A DNA stretch of 64,000 nt from Trichoplax sp. H2 (Eukaryota): NCBI GenBank assembly GCA_003344405.1, contig NOWV01000123.1, positions 1-64,000 of the forward strand, written 5' to 3'. The notes beneath the pieces are model-generated. The model saw only the letters and a program-made list of their open reading frames with translations, did no database searches and had not been told where the DNA came from. Position 1 is the first letter of the stretch. Each line of letters begins with the position of its first letter. Shown in pieces: positions 27,501-40,600 of the stretch. The translations under genes were made by a program, and so were the position numbers.

Positions 27501-30500
27501 AAGCCGACAGGCTAGATAGAGAACTGCGTCATATTAAGCAAGAATTAAATCAAATAAAAGATGAACGAGAAGAATTAATAGACGAATATCGAACATTAAA
27601 AGCAAATTATCTTACTAAAGAAGCCAATGGGAGGTTAACTGAAGTAAGTAAAGACTTATATAATATTATTCATTTAAAAAGTAAGACTTTGTTTTAAATG
27701 ATGCTAATTAGTCTTTAACTAGTTTAGAAAGCGTTATTTAAAATTGAATCTGATACTTCTATTTAAAATAGCCCGAGAAAGTAAAAATTAAAGAACTACA
27801 AGAAAAAGATAGAACTCTAGAAAAAAGGGTCAATTAAATTTAAAATTGTTAAAGTCTAATTATTGACTATGAAGCAATAAGAAATGCTCAACTAATTTAT
27901 TAATATTTCCTATCACGATATAGGTTCGTCAGTCTTATGAGAAAACTATTGAGAAAATGCAAGATGAATACGAGGAAGATACTAGGATACTAAATCAAAA
28001 AATGTATGTAAGAGTAGCTGTTGAATATTTATATAGTTTTAAGATTAATAACTAAATCGTGGATAAATGTCTACTGCGAAATCATATAGGTATTCAATTA
28101 TGATGGTTTTACATAAAAATTCTGTAACATATTTTTCATGAGATATTATAGAATATCAATACTTATAAGAAGTATCTTTCTATTCAACCTATAAAACACT
28201 TACGAATGACAGGAAAATAAAATCTATATTACACGATATTGTTGATTTCAGTCTGAGCTTAGAAAGGGAATTAAGTCAGATTAAAAGAGATGTCGCACCC
28301 AATAATTCTCATGAAAAGGATAATCACAAGGACAATACTGTTATCGATTCCTCTGATATTGATGGCGACTCTAAAGATTATCAGCAGACTAAGGTAACTT
28401 AATGCAGCATATAAATGCTTTAACATCTACAAGACAAAAAAGTATAGATTGGCAATCATTTCTTTATTTTTATAATCATTTTGGCTCTATGCAATTAAAT
28501 CTTTATTCTCGCGTTTACATTTCATAAGTATCGTAAAATAACTAGAACTATTTCGAAGAAAAATCAGAAATAACCTCCTACTATATTACACGATTTATTT
28601 CGTATAGCGTACTTTTAAACTATTAATGAAATGAAATTTGGTCATTTCAGGAGTGGATTGAACTAAAAAATCAACAAGAAGAATTACTTGCGAATAATCA
28701 TCGTCTGAAAATTAAATTAGAAGAAGCAGAGCAAGAATATCGACAGCAACTAGCAAAATATGCTGATAATATAGCAGTTAGTCAATACTATTTTGGACAG
28801 TGTAATGTAAAATTAATGATTAATCTCAGTTATGAATAGTAAATTTCTCTCACTTGGACTAATCTCCTTCACCTAGAAATTAAGCAAGCGTTTAGACGAA
28901 GAAAATGGCAATCAAGCATCTTCAGCGACACTGAAAAATCACGTTGATCGAACTGTTAGTAAATTAGTTGAATCGTATGAAAAACAAGAAAGAGAAGCTA
29001 AACAGCACATAACCAATTTAAAGCAACAGTTAATTCGTGTCAACGACAAAAACCGACAATTACATATAGCTTACAAGTAAGCCAGTACATCTAGATAGAT
29101 TTTTCTATCAATCTGCAGACTAAAATAATCTACGATATACTCGTATTTATAATCTCAGTTTTACTCTTTATAATGCAGATGAATCCCTATAATATACTGC
29201 AGTTTGGCAGTCATTTGCATCACGCCAGCTTATAATTAATTCTAAAACTTGCTTCTATCAATTAGAGCTGCCAAAAATTCACTGAAACAAAATGATTTGC
29301 CAAATGATCTCCCACAATTGGATGAAGAACAATATGCTGTACGTTAGAAAAGCCTTTTGATCTGTATAAATTACCTTTAGTACAGCTTGACTGGTGTCAC
29401 AAAACAGCTTTGTAATAAAATAACGTAATGTACGATCAATAAGTCAATTCCTTGAATCACGTATCAAGGAACGATATCTGCTCTATCAGAAACACTTTTG
29501 CTCTACTAGCAGACTACACAAAGACTTAAACGCCTCGTATTTTACGTTAAACACTAAGTTTGAGAATTCTCTTTATTGTACGATATACTGCATTTATATA
29601 CTACTCCTCAATAGTTCATGAGTCATAGTTAATACAATTAACCTCGGAATCATTTACTGAATTAGATATTAATTTTAGCTACTGCTCCCTTAATGCAGAC
29701 AACAGTATTTAAGAATATAGACATGTAATGACTAATGCAGAATAGTCAGATTACGATATGTCCTATCACGGAACATTTCCATGATAATTTACAATCTACC
29801 ATAAGTAAATTACAATCACAAGGATTCGAACTGTAAGTAGATGATTTGCATTCCCTATTATAACTATTAATTTCAGTATGTGTATAAGTGTCGCTGTCAT
29901 AGAAAGTCAGTGCTATATTAAAACACAGTATATCCAAATTAGAAGTTAACTAAATAAGGATAGTCTAACAGAATTATCCTAACATAGTTATTTCTACTGT
30001 AATACAGTATTTAACACTGTAACAACTGGTGATTAAAATTTTCGTACATCTGCCTTACCAGTATAATTACACTCGTGCAATTTTAAAATATCAGAAATAC
30101 AAATATTTTAACTTATACCTTAATAAATTATTGCCTTAGATTATACTGATGACTATATTAATACTGCTATTATCTAGCCCTATGAAATAAGGCTACTGAC
30201 CCTCAGCTAGAGCATATCATGAAAGTTTGGATGTACTGTAATGATATCTCTTACCAATTTTGTAGATGTTTATCAACATATTATCAACATAATTATTGAT
30301 CCAATTAATATTTTTAGTTGATTTATATTATGATACACAAGCATTCAGGTTTAAATTATCAGTCAATATTAAAATTAACATAATTTATATATAAGCAATG
30401 CAAATATCTACGATCACATATTTTATAAATCTTAATAAGTTAGATAGTTCAGTCCATAGTGTTATTTAAGATTAATCGGTGTTTATCTGTATATTTTACC

Positions 30501-31335
30501 GGCTGTAAAGCTACAGTAATAATATATTCTGTAAGTCTTTGTACAAGGTAATTCATAAATTGAATTTCATATATTGTCGATCCTAGGTTTCTCCAGTTCC
30601 AGAAAGAGACGAAAATGATTCATTCGTTGGGTAAACTAGTAATCAATTAATATTTCACTGTAGAAGTGTGAAGTAGGATGATAGGCAATAGATTGATGAC
30701 GATGCTAGGACATTTAATAAGTCTTAGTCAATAACTTTTTCCATACCAATAGGCCAGGTTATTATGTAGAAGAAAGCTATTGGAACCTATTGAAAGAGCA
30801 AATTCACATTTTTACATCAACTGTCCTAACCGATCTAGAAAAAGAACGAGCAACCTTGCTATCGAAATATACTGTCGCCTCTGAAGAAGTTGAGCAATGT
30901 CATCAATACATTGAAACTCAATTAATCAAGTTAGTTAGCAGATATTTGAATACTTCTGTAGCTTTCTAGTAAAATAAATGTGCAATGTCCATTTCATTCT
31001 TTTACTATCAAAGTACTGCTACGTCTCCAGGCAGAAAGAAGCAAATATCATAGCAATCGTCTTTAAACATATTGCTGATGATATAACTTACCATAATTAA
31101 GATATAGTAAGTTACTGAAATTTATATTTTATTTTAATTACGGTACATTTTCAGATATCAGAAAGAAATTTTAAGGCTAAGGAAATTGATTAATGATTCT
31201 GGTGGTAACTCTGGATCGATAAAAGATTTTAATGAAACTCCTCGTCCACCAGGATATAGATCTAACCGCCAAGTTAATCCTCATAGCCAAAAGAAACGGA
31301 ATTTGTCTCCATCAACAACCAACTATGATAGCTAA
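24564..31335 (+). CDS. Divergent N-terminal kinesin motor joined to a CCDC78-like coiled-coil tail; start codon uncertain
   Basis: VAKIRP, FSRIYD, GYNVCILLFGETGSGKS (P-loop) and ELYNEKIHDLL in 24564-25364; ELPGAE and LNKSL in 25507-25694; KSKLTHLLSDVLGGNCQT in 25849-26020. Coiled-coil exons follow from 26295 to 31335, including KDEEKNKIYQALIDTRIEVTNLNDQ and SYWNLLKEQIHIFTSTVLTDLEKERATLLSKYTVASEEVEQCHQYIETQLIKYQKEILRLRKL. Confidence 0.88.
29395..30024 (-). mobile_element. Solo-LTR-like element, family A (630 bp), antisense in a kinesin-gene intron
   Basis: Termini tgtcac...gtaaca; perfect 5-bp TSD ACTGG (29390-29394, 30025-30029); reverse-complement homolog of 49407-50036. Confidence 0.92.
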
Positions 31336-31914
31336 TCTATAGTAAATAAATCTAAAATATCAAAACTTCAGAGTAAATTTTTAGCAACAATACCCTGCAA
31401 TTAACTTTTAGCTGAGCAATATAGAATTTTAATAATACGATTAAGCTATTCAGCAATGAGAATCAATAAAATTTAAAATTTTAAATGTTTATGCAAGATT
31501 CTGACCAAATTTTTGATCAAAAAATTGGCTGATAAAAGAATTATTTCTTGTATCATTACAACTATGTCTACTATAGCTTTCGTTTATCTACTTAAGCTAA
31601 CTTCGATAAATCATTCTATAGTAATTTATTTAAATACATTTATTTAGAAATAGGATGAAATCGCTATTACGATCTTTATTGCTTATTGAATGCTTTTTAC
31701 ATAATATATGTTAAATAAAATAATCCATACACTAATTTTAGTCTAGTCGGCTTCTAGAAAAATATTTTATAATATAAATATACGCGTGCTTATCAACATG
31801 TATTTTACTAACACATTTGAGCTTTATAACAAAAATTACTAGAATTGAAAAACGATTAGAATTATTAGAATAAATGTTTTGATGTCAGATACTGGCTATA
31901 AATATGTTGGCGCT

Positions 31915-32355
31915 TGTCACGGTACGAACTACCGTGAAGAAATAGATATCTAAATTTGGTTAATATAATATAATGATATTATATTACAACTAGTTACTTA
32001 CAATAGGAATTACTCTAATTATAAATGTGTTACAGTAAATTTAATGCTGTGCTGTAATGTGCTCTGAAATGATTCTGTGAATGGACATATTGTAGTCTGA
32101 CTGTGAAAAATTAGTTAGTAGATGTTCTCACCCAAGTATTTTTATAAGATGACTTGTGAATGTTAGCTGCTGTAGAAGGGTATATAAGCCCGTCAGATAT
32201 CTGAATAAAGCAGTTCTCAATTGTATAGTTGTTCTAACGTAGAATCAAAGGCGTCTAAATTCTTGTGAGGTAGTTAAGGGATACTGAATCCCAGAGACTA
32301 TAGTAATTTAGAGATTTGTTTTACGTTATCCTTGTCACGAAGCTGGTTTGTGACA
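31915..32355 (+). mobile_element. Solo-LTR-like element, family B (441 bp)
   Basis: Termini tgtcac...gtgaca; perfect 5-bp TSD GCGCT (31910-31914, 32356-32360); TATATAA at 32181, AATAAA at 32204; homolog at 59593-60035. Confidence 0.93.
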
Positions 32356-34656
32356 GCGCTACTTATAGAAGTTATTACAAAATTTTGTTTAAAAATCTAT
32401 TGGAATTGTAGGAAATGATTGTATTATTTGAGTGATAAACATGTTATTCAACCTGTTAGAATTTTACTAGAAATTCGTACATTAGATCTATAGACTGTCC
32501 TTTTATAGCAGCTTTTGGTTACTTCATGCTGCAATTAGCCACATCTAACTCAAAGTAGCTAAGAAGAATCCAATAAAATATAGCAATGCGTTAATCTTTT
32601 AAAATTATTACTTTTAACAGTGTTTTATAGACTTCAGAACTTGTTTTATTAACAAATTTACTAATATAGGCATATATTACGGTCAAATTTACCCATTCGA
32701 TTTTTATATTCTTAGAAATTTATCAACTTGCGAAGCTCAAAAATCCAGCAGCAAATCTCAAATATATAATCTGTCATTTTCTGAATCTATCGTTTCTCAA
32801 ATGGTAAATAAATGTGCCAAATACCACTAAAGTAGAGATTGAATCGTATCACAATACATGCACCTCAGGATTCTTTTAAATTATTTGTATTATCAATACG
32901 CTTTAGTTCCAATGGATCCACAATATATATGGTAGACAACGTATTGCTATTACGCTAGTACACACCATGCAAGTTCTAAATATAATGATAGTACCTTTAC
33001 TCTGGTGTTCACTTGAAAATAAATAAGCAGTTCATCTTCCTATTATTTACCAGTACAATATTCAATTAACCTAGCACTCGATAATTAAGGTCGACAGAGA
33101 CACTCATACAATTATTAATAGATGATACAATATATATTTAATACATAAATGAGCGCAATAATTTTCAATATCACGTGGCTAAAGGATTATTCGATCTATT
33201 TAGACCAGAATAAACTCGTAACATCAGTTTAAATCTGAAAATTTCAGATATGGCTAATGTAAGGTATTGATTTGTAATTACAGTCGCAGTAAATTTTCAA
33301 CAATTTCAATCTAGCTCAATACTAAATTGATTCATTTTAGTAGCTATAATGCAAGTTTTAGGGTAAAAATTGACTTCTATTTAGTATGTTGCATCTTTTT
33401 ATTATGGCAATACGACTATCAAATAGATAAATGGATATACTATAGCGGAAGATCTCATATAAATTAGTACTGGCTATAAGATTAATCTTAAAACTGAAAT
33501 GAAGACTCTACAATAGGGTAGAAATTTCATTTCCAGAATAGGATATAAATTTATGCGTTAATTAAATCGATTCTATCACCAGATAAAGCGCATAAGTTAT
33601 AAAATTTTTGAAGTATCGACTTCAACTTGACAATTACATTTTTCGCTATTTCTACATGTCATATCGACGATTAGTGCCTTGACTTTGAATTAGATGACAG
33701 AATACAGTCAAGCATATGATGATAAAGTCATTAATCCTTTAACTAAGGCTAAGTTCAAATATGACCGCAACTTATTGATCGCAATCAATAAAATTAGGTT
33801 AAACCGGTATCCAACAGGCTCATCATAAATTTTAATTAATCGATTATTTTCAAGTATGAGTATATGATAATCGATTTATATTCAATTAATTTTGAGCTCA
33901 AACAATCTTACTAAATGGGTTATTGATGTAAAAATTACAACTGGTATTTGTTTCCATCAAATAAGTGTTATAACTCTATGCTCTTCAGGTTATACTTTTT
34001 GCCGGTACCAAATGGATTATTATTCTGTTGATAATAATCATCAGCAACGTATCTTCATGAAATGGACTATTTATGTGAAAATAACATTAGAACTATTGGT
34101 CATTATTTGTTAGCATGACTAGATTAGTATTCAATTTTCAACTAATTTAATTAAACTATATTGTATTGAAAGTAAATTTCGATTCATGTTCCAATATCAC
34201 CAATAAAGCTGAGCTCCAACTTATCTGATTCCAATAATATTTGAATGATGATAGTATATTAGTCCATTGATTAGCATATTTGATCCTTTAAAATATCGAA
34301 TAAAGTTGTTTTAATCTACTAACTAGTATGAACTATAACCAAGATTGATCCTGGAAGATAGATTAATTTATCAGGTCAACGTATGATACGGCTTCCACGA
34401 TTGTATCATCGAAAACTTAAGAGGTAAAACTGAACAATTTTGCTACTGTACTATCCTAAACAAATTCATCACTAGAAGATTGTCAGATGGATAGTAAATA
34501 TCGATTGCTTTGGTTATATCCAGCTTGAGTTAGTGGTACGGTATGAATTTTCTAAATTAAAATTTTAATCATTTGAAATGGATGTGGATAAATCTATATG
34601 GGTTTAATGTCTTGATAGCTGCCAACAGGATAAAAAAGGTCATTAAACTATTATTT

Positions 34657-37600
34657 TTAATGATTTTGTACCACGTTAGGACGACAGGAGATAAAATATA
34701 AAGCATTATCTAACAAGTATTCGTCCCAAGTTAGTATCCTAGAAAAATTAATTGAAGAGAAATCAATGTTAATAAATAATTACAGTTAGGATGGTATAAT
34801 ACCATTAAGGGGAATGACCGATTCCTCGGATTGACCGTAACAGTAAAACATTAATTTTATCATCATTTGACAAGAATAAGAAATCAGATGCTCGAACTTA
34901 ACATAATTAGAGCACTCGAAAATAATTTTATCATGCATGACGTAGAGTAGTGCACTATTGATGCTAGAGGTCAAAATAGATACGTAACTCAGATATCAGG
35001 ATATGGTTAGCTCATTATTCTTTGGTTGGTAGAGATAATGTCTATGTAAATACTACAACTGTTACCATGCTGGGATACATATAATTATAGATGGTCCGCT
35101 GTAAACTTTGTTACTAATAATTTAAATAATCGCAAAATAAGGTGTAATGTTATCATGCTGATTGAAGCTGTAAATACTATAAAAAGTATAAAAAGTAGAC
35201 AACTGTAGATTATTTAGTAGTTCTGTCTATGAGTCTTTGTAGTGGTTGTATTCGAGCTAAAGTAGAGCTATTTGTAGATTATCTTACTACAAAGGTCTAA
35301 TAAAGTTCTAATTTTCAACAAATATTGGAATTTCATGAGCGGTTTTTATCACAATATGTTTATAATATTTGAAGATCTTAATGGAAAATAATCAATAATG
35401 AGAATATTAAAACAGTTTTCATTAAGCTTAAAACTAGAATAACTCTAGAAATGATTCTAAAAGTAATAAATAATAATTAAAATCAACCACAATAGATACA
35501 AATAAGTAATTAAAATTCTTACCCATTTCTATCAGAATCACCCAGCATCAAGTAATGAATATGATATTCAACATGGCCGGGTAACTCCTGCTCCACCTTA
35601 TCTACATTCCTAAATGATCATATCATGGTATAGGATCAGAATTTTAGTTGATATTAAATTATATAAAATGATCGAGACAGATTTACCAGTATTGCTTTCC
35701 TAATAGTTTAGAAAACCAATGTGAGAAAGTCCTTTTAGCTTCAACAACTGTAATGACACCATCTTTATCGAGATCAATGGTTTGGAATGCATCTCGGGCA
35801 CGCTCAACTTCTCGATTAGTTAACATGGATAGCAAGAATTCCTAATATTTATCCAAAAAAGACATTTGTAATCATTGATAAACAATGGAACTATAAATAG
35901 ACGACGTTATATTAATGATTACCAGAACTAGAAATCTCATCTTGTCTTATGGACTAACCTTATCTCGTTTTGCTAATTTCTTAACAGCTTCAGCATTAAG
36001 AAATTCCCACCAATCCAAAGTACCAGATGAATTCTTATCCATCAATCGAAACTATAATAAATTATTAGCAAGACGAACCTAATTATCTGCAATCAAACAA
36101 GCAAACTAAAATAATTGAAACTTTATACGTGTATCAACAATCCATGAAGTAGAAAGTAGTAGCATTTACGGATTTAACCAATTCTCTAATTGATGGGATT
36201 TACTGTAAAAGCTGTAAAACTTGAATTATATTGCTGTTTCAGCCTCTTCTACATTACTATTTATTTTACTTAATAGTGAATTACTTTTTCCTGATGATAT
36301 TTCTCTTCTACTTCTGTCCATTTCTCTCTTTCTTTCTCGTATTGCGCTTTAGTTGCTTTCATATACTCTTCCAAAGTTACCGTAGAGTCTAGTTTATTGA
36401 GCATTAATTGAGAACAGTCTCAAATCTGTCTGATAATCTATACAAGCGCTTTAACTTTGAAATACCTTGATCAATATCCAGTTGCTGAAAGTGATCAATC
36501 AATTCCTGCATCTCATCCTCTTCAAGCAAGAAATGGATATTCTCCTAAAGAGGAATTTTTGATTGAAAATAGCTCAAAAATAAATTTAATTAGGGGAGTA
36601 AAAATAACCAATGGTACCAAATTTTATCCTTCCTTTCTAGAAAAACTTGATAACTAATAACTGATCGAGAATTAAGAGACTTTATAAAACTTACACATTT
36701 CGGACAACTCCAGCGAAAATTTTTGGCATTATATAATAATTCTGGAGTAGCTCCTTCTTTGCATTCTCCTAGTTTATTTAAGCATTGTTCGTGATAGACT
36801 CTTGTACATATCCGACACGGATATAATTCACTGTTGGCAACATTGTACACATTGCATACGGCACATGAAGTATCTGCTAGAACCTATATCACATTTTTCA
36901 TAAATAGGTGAGATAGATACCATAAAGCAGTGTTTCTGCAGACGATCATTTTCTAAAGTCAATTAATACAACATAGTGGACACTAGCGATCACACTATCT
37001 TTAAGCTAATGATTAATCGAATAGCAGTTCCTGGAAAAGATTATTTACGATGATATAGGAACAGTAGCTAAAATTTCGATCAAGGAAAATGCAGTAGTAG
37101 TCTACAGATATTTATTCTATATGTTAGCCCTTATGAGTGTCATTCTAGATTGCTTATTTAGTTTGGTTGTCTCTCTGATGAATGATTTCCCGTGATAATT
37201 TTAAAGATATAATAGTATCATCAGAGCACGATATCAGAGTCAGGAACTCTCAAATCGAAATATATAATAATTTATACTATGATATGTTGCAATATATACA
37301 GAAATTGCAGTTTTTGTATATGATAAATTAATAATATAATAATAAATAGTACACTTTTTATATATGTAATCCTATATCAGTATCACGACAGCATTGTACT
37401 ATGGATAACTAGTTACAGCTTTCACTATATACTTAAGTACATATTGCTGTAATTATAGTCACAGATTCCATCAGCGATTATCTTGTGAATTATGTGAGTA
37501 AATTACAAAAAGAAATGTAGAAATACTACATAAGAGCTTTACGTTAATACACTTAGTTCTTCCTCTTCAATTTCCTCTATTATAAATACGATAGCTATGA

Positions 37601-40600
37601 TTCGAGTATTTTGAGCAATATTTTTAGTGGTCCTGCTCAATATCATAGCAGAAATTCATAAATTGAATATAGAAAATTTTCACCTATTAGTTACGCACAT
37701 TTTATGGTACTTCTAGAACTAGTTCCGAACTTATTTAACAACTTAAAGCTGAAATTATGATTCATTTTTACCCAATATTAACTTTTCTTAGCTTATTTAA
37801 TTATACTAGATGTTAATCGGCTATTAATTCCATAAGGGGTAGTGTGATTAATTAGTTATTATTTGTTACCACAATTAGGTCAAATGATGACAAATGTACT
37901 CTAAAAATTGTTTGCAGTTTCGTACCTCATTTTTCAATAATAATTTTTCTTTTGTTTCCATGTCTTATATGTTACAATAAATTTCCATAATTTTACAATC
38001 TACTCACGCAATAGGAAATTTATACAATAAAACTATTGTTGAAAGGAATATGCCCAAAATAGCACATTTTTAAATAAATTTTTGCTTACTACTGTAGCCG
38101 ATCGATTCAAGTTCTACTATTTCAATAAATCTTAGCAACCGAAAAACTTCATAGTTATAAGATGATAATGTGAAAAAATCTATAATCAACAAATTGATTG
38201 CTCATGGTAGCGTAGAATAAATTTCCTAGTTACTACTTCAAATCAGCGCTAATTTCCCGTTAAAAGCTAAAATATCATCCAAACAGTATTCTATCCTCTT
38301 CATGCGTAATGATAACCAATGTTGAATACTAAATAGGTCATTTTGCTGTGCATTCTCTATTAATGATATTATTTCTTATCTATTAAAGGGCTTGATATCC
38401 CCTAAGAATATCGTTGCACTTTCAATGTTCTCTTGATAACATATTATAACACAATATCTTATCATTTTAAGGGTCCTAATTTAAAATAGAATCAACGATA
38501 AAAATAGTTATTTATTATAGAATATAAATATTGCAAATTGAATAAAAGTTGGCTCATTAATAAATCAAAGATAATCGTAACTTTAACTGATACAGAAAGA
38601 ATTTCATCTTTATGACGTAGACTTTGGTACTGTATTTTTCTTCGTTCTTTGTCGTTAGAAAATTACAATAAGTGTAAACTTTGACGTCAATCAACTATCA
38701 AAGACTCATTTTCTATGCGCCATTACCGTGATATTTAGCCTTAATTGACCGTTTAATAAAAGGCATGTATTCATTACCATCTCGATATATTAATCATGAT
38801 CTGATTATAAACTACCAATTAAGCTAAGTAATTGCATCAGCGGTTCGTAAGCATGATGCTTTACTATAAGTATGCTGTAAAATATTCATCTCCGGCTAAG
38901 ATCGTTTAAAATTATCCACCCGTTTATAATCGGATCATTTCCAAACGAAGATATTTCTAGTAGAATTGCAATTATCGTCTTCCAGTTGAACTAAGTCATA
39001 AATATAATTAGAACTGTCAATTTATGCATTTGATACATTTTTATATAAGGCGTATAGCAAGACTACATCAGCCAGTACTGATAGTCTTTAATTAGATGAG
39101 TCCAATTACTTTCCCTAAGCGTCCATCGCCATTGAAAATTATTTCATAAATCAAATACATAATGATTATGTAAGAAAAATAAATAAGAATGACGCTTACA
39201 ATTTTTATATTCTTTCTCATTAACATGATATGTATGGAACAAATTATCACCCTTATATGGCAATTTTCGATTCAATCACAGTGTACCATCGTGATTGCAA
39301 GAGACTGACATATTCTATTTAACTGAACCTTCAAATTTATTTCAATATGATGCAAATGCATACGTAGATATGAATAGTGAATAGTCTTCTTCCCGTATGT
39401 TATTTGTTTATCCTACTTTCTGATCCCATTTTAGTATAAGACAAAAATAGATACAAGATAAGCAAATAAAAACTCAAAATGTTGCTTGATTAGAGTTGTA
39501 AATGGAGCAATCAATATTTCTAAATTCTTAGGCTTGCGGGTGAGCCTTAGCGATATGAAGTATGTGCAGCATCAAAATGTCTACAGGAATTGCAGTATAT
39601 CGTATTCTATTATGCGTTATGACTGCCAAGACAAAGATCAAAATTAAAGGTATAAAATGTAAGATAATAGCCTTCATATTATCTATCGCATTAGTGTATA
39701 TATATATAACCTTACGAAATATTAACGTTATGCTATCCATCTAGAGCAGTCAGATAAACACTCTCAGGATACATTAAATATAAGAACATAGGTCAAAACG
39801 TTTTTGAAATCACCGCATTAGTCCTGTGATCACTATAACTTAATTAAGAAGTTATGGATGCTATTTGATAAATTTTACGCCCGTAGGACGATTAAAAATA
39901 TATTATATAAAAAAATTTTAAAATGAAACGAAGCTATTACGTAATCATGAATACATCAGTATTTTCTCAAAATTCTGAGATAATAAAGATAGCTATAAAT
40001 TTAAAGTAAGGACTGTTTGAGTCAAACGAGATATACGTAGTACACTGAAACTACATCGATACAAATATATGTGCAGAGAGTATGCTACGTTATTCTGAAC
40101 TAGTAATTTTAACAATTCCTTGTCTTGTAATAAAATTACCAGTTGTGATTTGAATCATTCTTTCAAGGTGGGTGCATAAAGTAACTGTTTATGCTAACAA
40201 ATAGAGAGACAGAAAGATTCATTGAAAGCTTCCAACTTTTGACAAACTGCCTGTAGTATTGGGATGACTTATTTTATTTTTAACGTTTCTAGCCTAGGAT
40301 TTTAGCTTTTATCACAAACATATATGATATCATCATTCATTAAAAGCTTGTCTTGTTTCTATCATTTAAAACTGTTACTAAAGCACATCAATCCTTGTAT
40401 ACTAAAAGTAATTACAACTACCATAGAAAAAATTAATCGTTTTCAAATAAAATTCTTCATTAACTGATACTTGATGTAAACACCGTTAATGTGCAGTATA
40501 TTTGATAGAACTATTTCCCTATATTCATCTTCATAGATAGTAATTTTAGAAGTGAAAGCATCATCGTATATGTAATATTTCATCAATCTATGATCTAGAA

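Noticed and set aside
29746-29937. Cys-rich ORF with a near-identical partner at 49494-49769, looking like a small gene family
   Set aside because: Both lie inside family A solo-LTR-like elements, start at TTG and differ in stop position. The similarity is explained by the repeat.
34786-34974. In-phase candidate last exon for the PHF24-like gene
   Set aside because: Exon 34738-34657 fits the PHF24 C-terminal motif far better.
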